NCBI RefSeq assembly: GCF_963921235.1
Contig: NC_086108.1
Span: 85,624,001-85,688,000 of the forward strand
DNA from: Mobula hypostoma
Taxonomy: Eukaryota
Direction: 5' to 3'
Length of the DNA: 64,000 nt
The notes under the pieces were generated by a model, which had not been told where the DNA came from, made no database searches, and saw nothing but the letters and a program-made list of their open reading frames with translations. Shown here piece after piece: positions 61,454 to 64,000 of the stretch. Every line of letters starts with the position of its first letter. Within the stretch, counting starts at the first letter, position 1. The position numbers and the translations under genes are program-made.

Positions 61454-61741
61454 CATCCATTAGTCTCGTGAGACCATGGATTTGCGCCTTGAGAGGTTTC
61501 CAGGGCACAGGCCTGGGCAAGGTTGTATGGAAGTCCGGCAGTTGCCGGTCTCCCCTCTCCATGCCACCAATATTGTCCAAGAGAAGGGCACTAGGGCCGA
61601 TACAGCTTGGCACCAGTGTCGTCACAGAGCAATGTGTGGTTAGGTGCCTTGTTCAAGAACACAACACGCTGCCTCAGCTGAGGCTCGAACTAGCAACCTT
61701 CAGATCACTAGACCGACACCTGAACCACTTGGCCATGCGCC
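61454..61741 (-). mobile_element. tRNA-derived SINE with CORE-like central domain
   Basis: A box TGGCCAAGTGG, B box GTTCGAGCC, then tgtgttcttgaacaaggcacctaacc. Confidence 0.75.
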
Positions 61742-61819
61742 AACACTACCATTATTCAAACCTTTCAATATATTCTACCATTCTGAAGGAATAGCAGTAG
61801 CTCTATAGAATATAATTCT

Positions 61820-61960
61820 GGTCTCTGTCTCTCTGTCTCTCTGTCTCTCTGTCCCTCTGTCCCTCTGTCCCTCTGTCCCTCTGTCTCTCTGTCTCTCTGT
61901 CTCTCTGTCTCTCTGTCTCTCTGTCCCTCTGTCCCTCTCTCTCTCTCTCTGTGTCTCTCT
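61820..61960. repeat. (CTCTGTCT/CTCTGTCC)n and (CT)n microsatellite
   Basis: Directly visible tandem units. Confidence 0.95.
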
Positions 61961-62967
61961 TCTGGGCAGCTTTGCTCATTGTTTTGTGTGCCTGCACTCT
62001 ATTGTGTCCCCACGTGGCCGGATTCCTCTCACACCCCTCTATCTATACAGCTCATCCTCTCCCTTGTCTGTTCATGTGGAGATGTGTTAATTAACAACAG
62101 AGACAGCATGGGGATTGATTTGAACTGGAAATTACAAATATCTGGTAATCTGCTAATCAATATCAATGATAAGATCATGCTCACTTAGTGACTCTGATAA
62201 AGGATCAGTTTCTAATCAAAGCAAAATGCCATGAATGCCAGAATCTAGAAAGAAAACAAGAAAGTGCTGGAAAACGTTTAGCTGTCCAGGCAGCCTGATG
62301 GAAGGATCGGGTTTTCTCAAGGCGAACGGTTCCTGGAACAGTAAAACTAAAGCAAATGCAGATGCATCAAGCAACACACACACAAAATGCAGGAAAAACT
62401 CAGCAGGTCAGGCAGCATTTATGGAGAGAAATAAAGAGATAATGTTTTTGGCCGAGTCTCTTCTTCAAGATCGGAGTGGAAGGAGACAGAAGCCAGAATA
62501 AGGAGGGAAGAAAGGGGTGGAGTACAAGTCGGCAGGTGATAGGTGGAGAGGGAAGAAGCAAATGCTGACAGAACTGCCAAAGATTTTACGTTTATTTTCT
62601 GCTTTTAGTTTGTGCAAAAATGCCCTTCAATAACAGCAGATCAGTGTTCCACTCCGGAACATTTTGATCTGCTGGAAGGACTGCATGTATTTACTGAGAG
62701 AGTCAGAGCTATTGTGATTTCATAGATGGACACGCCTTGATTGTTTTTCATCTTTCACACTGCAATTGTTACAAGTAAAAGGACCTGCATAACAGGGATC
62801 ATCTGTGAAGCATTAGTTGATGTATAGTAGGGCTATAACGAATGGCATCTTTATCTTGTTGAAAACAAGAGGAGAATGATACAGTGCTGCATCTTGGAAC
62901 CTGCACCTATAAAGTAATCAGTCTGGTTTGCTCATTGAGTCAAACAAGGAGAATACCGTATGCTGTG

Positions 62968-63500
62968 GGTGGCCACTTTATTTGGTACACCAGTACGCTC
63001 ATGCTAACATCTAATCATCCAGTCATGTGGCAGCAACTCAATGCATGCAGACCCGGTCAAGTGTTTCTGTTGTTGTCCATACCAGACATCATAATGGGGA
63101 AGAAATGTGATCTAAGTGACTTTGACCATGGAATGGTTGATGGCACAAGACTGGGTGGTTTGAATATCTCAGAAAATGCTGTTCTCTTGGGATTTTCATG
63201 CCCAGCAATCACCACAGTTAAGAGTTCATAGAAAACGGTGAGAAAAACAAAAAAAAAAATCAATTGAGTGCCAGCTCTGAGGGGCAAAAATACCTTGTTA
63301 ATCAGAGAGGTCAGAGGAGAATGGCCAGACCGGTTCAAGCTGACAGGAACACGACAATAATTCAGATAACCACCATGTTCCATAGTGGTTTACAGAAGAA
63401 CATGCCTGAGTGCACAACATATAGAACCTTGAAATAGATGGGCTACTGCAGCAGGAAAATGCAAGCATACACTCAGTGGCCACTTTATTAGGCACAGGAG
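62968..63500 (+). mobile_element. Non-autonomous Tc1 derivative
   Basis: MGKKCDLSDFDHGMVDGTRLGGLNISE..LLGFS; terminal motif gtggccactttatt at 62970 and 63476. Confidence 0.72.
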
Positions 63501-63582
63501 ATGCACGGACTGAGGCACAGTGATAAACATGCCATTCATAGAGATAGTTTCATCACATCAGTGCATTGAGGGAGAAAAATAG

Positions 63583-64000
63583 ACAGTAGACAATAGGTGC
63601 AGGAGTAGGCCATTCGACCCTTCGAGCCAGCACCACCATTCACTGTGATCATGGTTGATCATCCAAAATCAGTATCCAGTTCCTGCCTTATCCCCATAAC
63701 CATTGATTCCGCTATCTTTAAGAGCTTTATCCATCTCTTTCTTGAAAGCATCCAGAGACTTGGCCTCCACAGCCTTCTGGGGCAGAGCATTCCATATATC
63801 CACCACCCTCTGGGTGAAAAAGTTTTTCCTCAACTCCTTTCTAAATGGCCTACCACTTATTCTTAAACTGTGGCCTCTGGTTCTGGACTGACCCATCAGC
63901 GGGAACACATTCCTGCCTCCAGCATGTCCAATCCCTTAATAATCTTATATGTTTCAATAAGATCCCCTCTCAGCCTTCTAAATTCCAGAGTATACAAGCC
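63583..64000 (-). mobile_element. Young CR1 3' end, runs off the window
   Basis: ORF 63669-63908 (SRTRGHSL..KNFFTQRVVDIWNALP). Confidence 0.88.

Noticed and set aside
61665..61741. tRNA gene
   Set aside because: A and B boxes are present, but it is the head of a SINE with no complete cloverleaf.
61803..61997. RDRETERQ-repeat ORF, superficially like the RBM25 RE region
   Set aside because: It is the translation of a microsatellite.

Overview
Vertebrate, most likely cartilaginous-fish (shark/ray; inferred from the repeat repertoire), intergenic or intronic DNA. No intact host gene was recognised. Most of the window is decayed, heavily nested mobile elements: many CR1 and Rex1/Babar LINE fragments, one near full-length L1-clade element with a recognisable target-site duplication, two Gypsy (Mag/K02A2.6-like) LTR retrotransposons, three solo LTRs, Tc1, mariner, Tigger/pogo and Chapaev3 DNA transposons, SINEs, and Penelope termini carrying minimal hammerhead-ribozyme motifs. 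The stand-out observation is the Gypsy element at ~19141-24604. Its RT/RNase H/integrase core is replaced, in the sense orientation, by an apparently spliced cDNA fragment of the host splicing-factor gene RBM25, which was later split by a Rex1 insertion. This looks like LTR-mediated capture of a host mRNA. All family calls come from recognising motifs by eye. Boundaries are approximate unless TSDs or TIRs are quoted.
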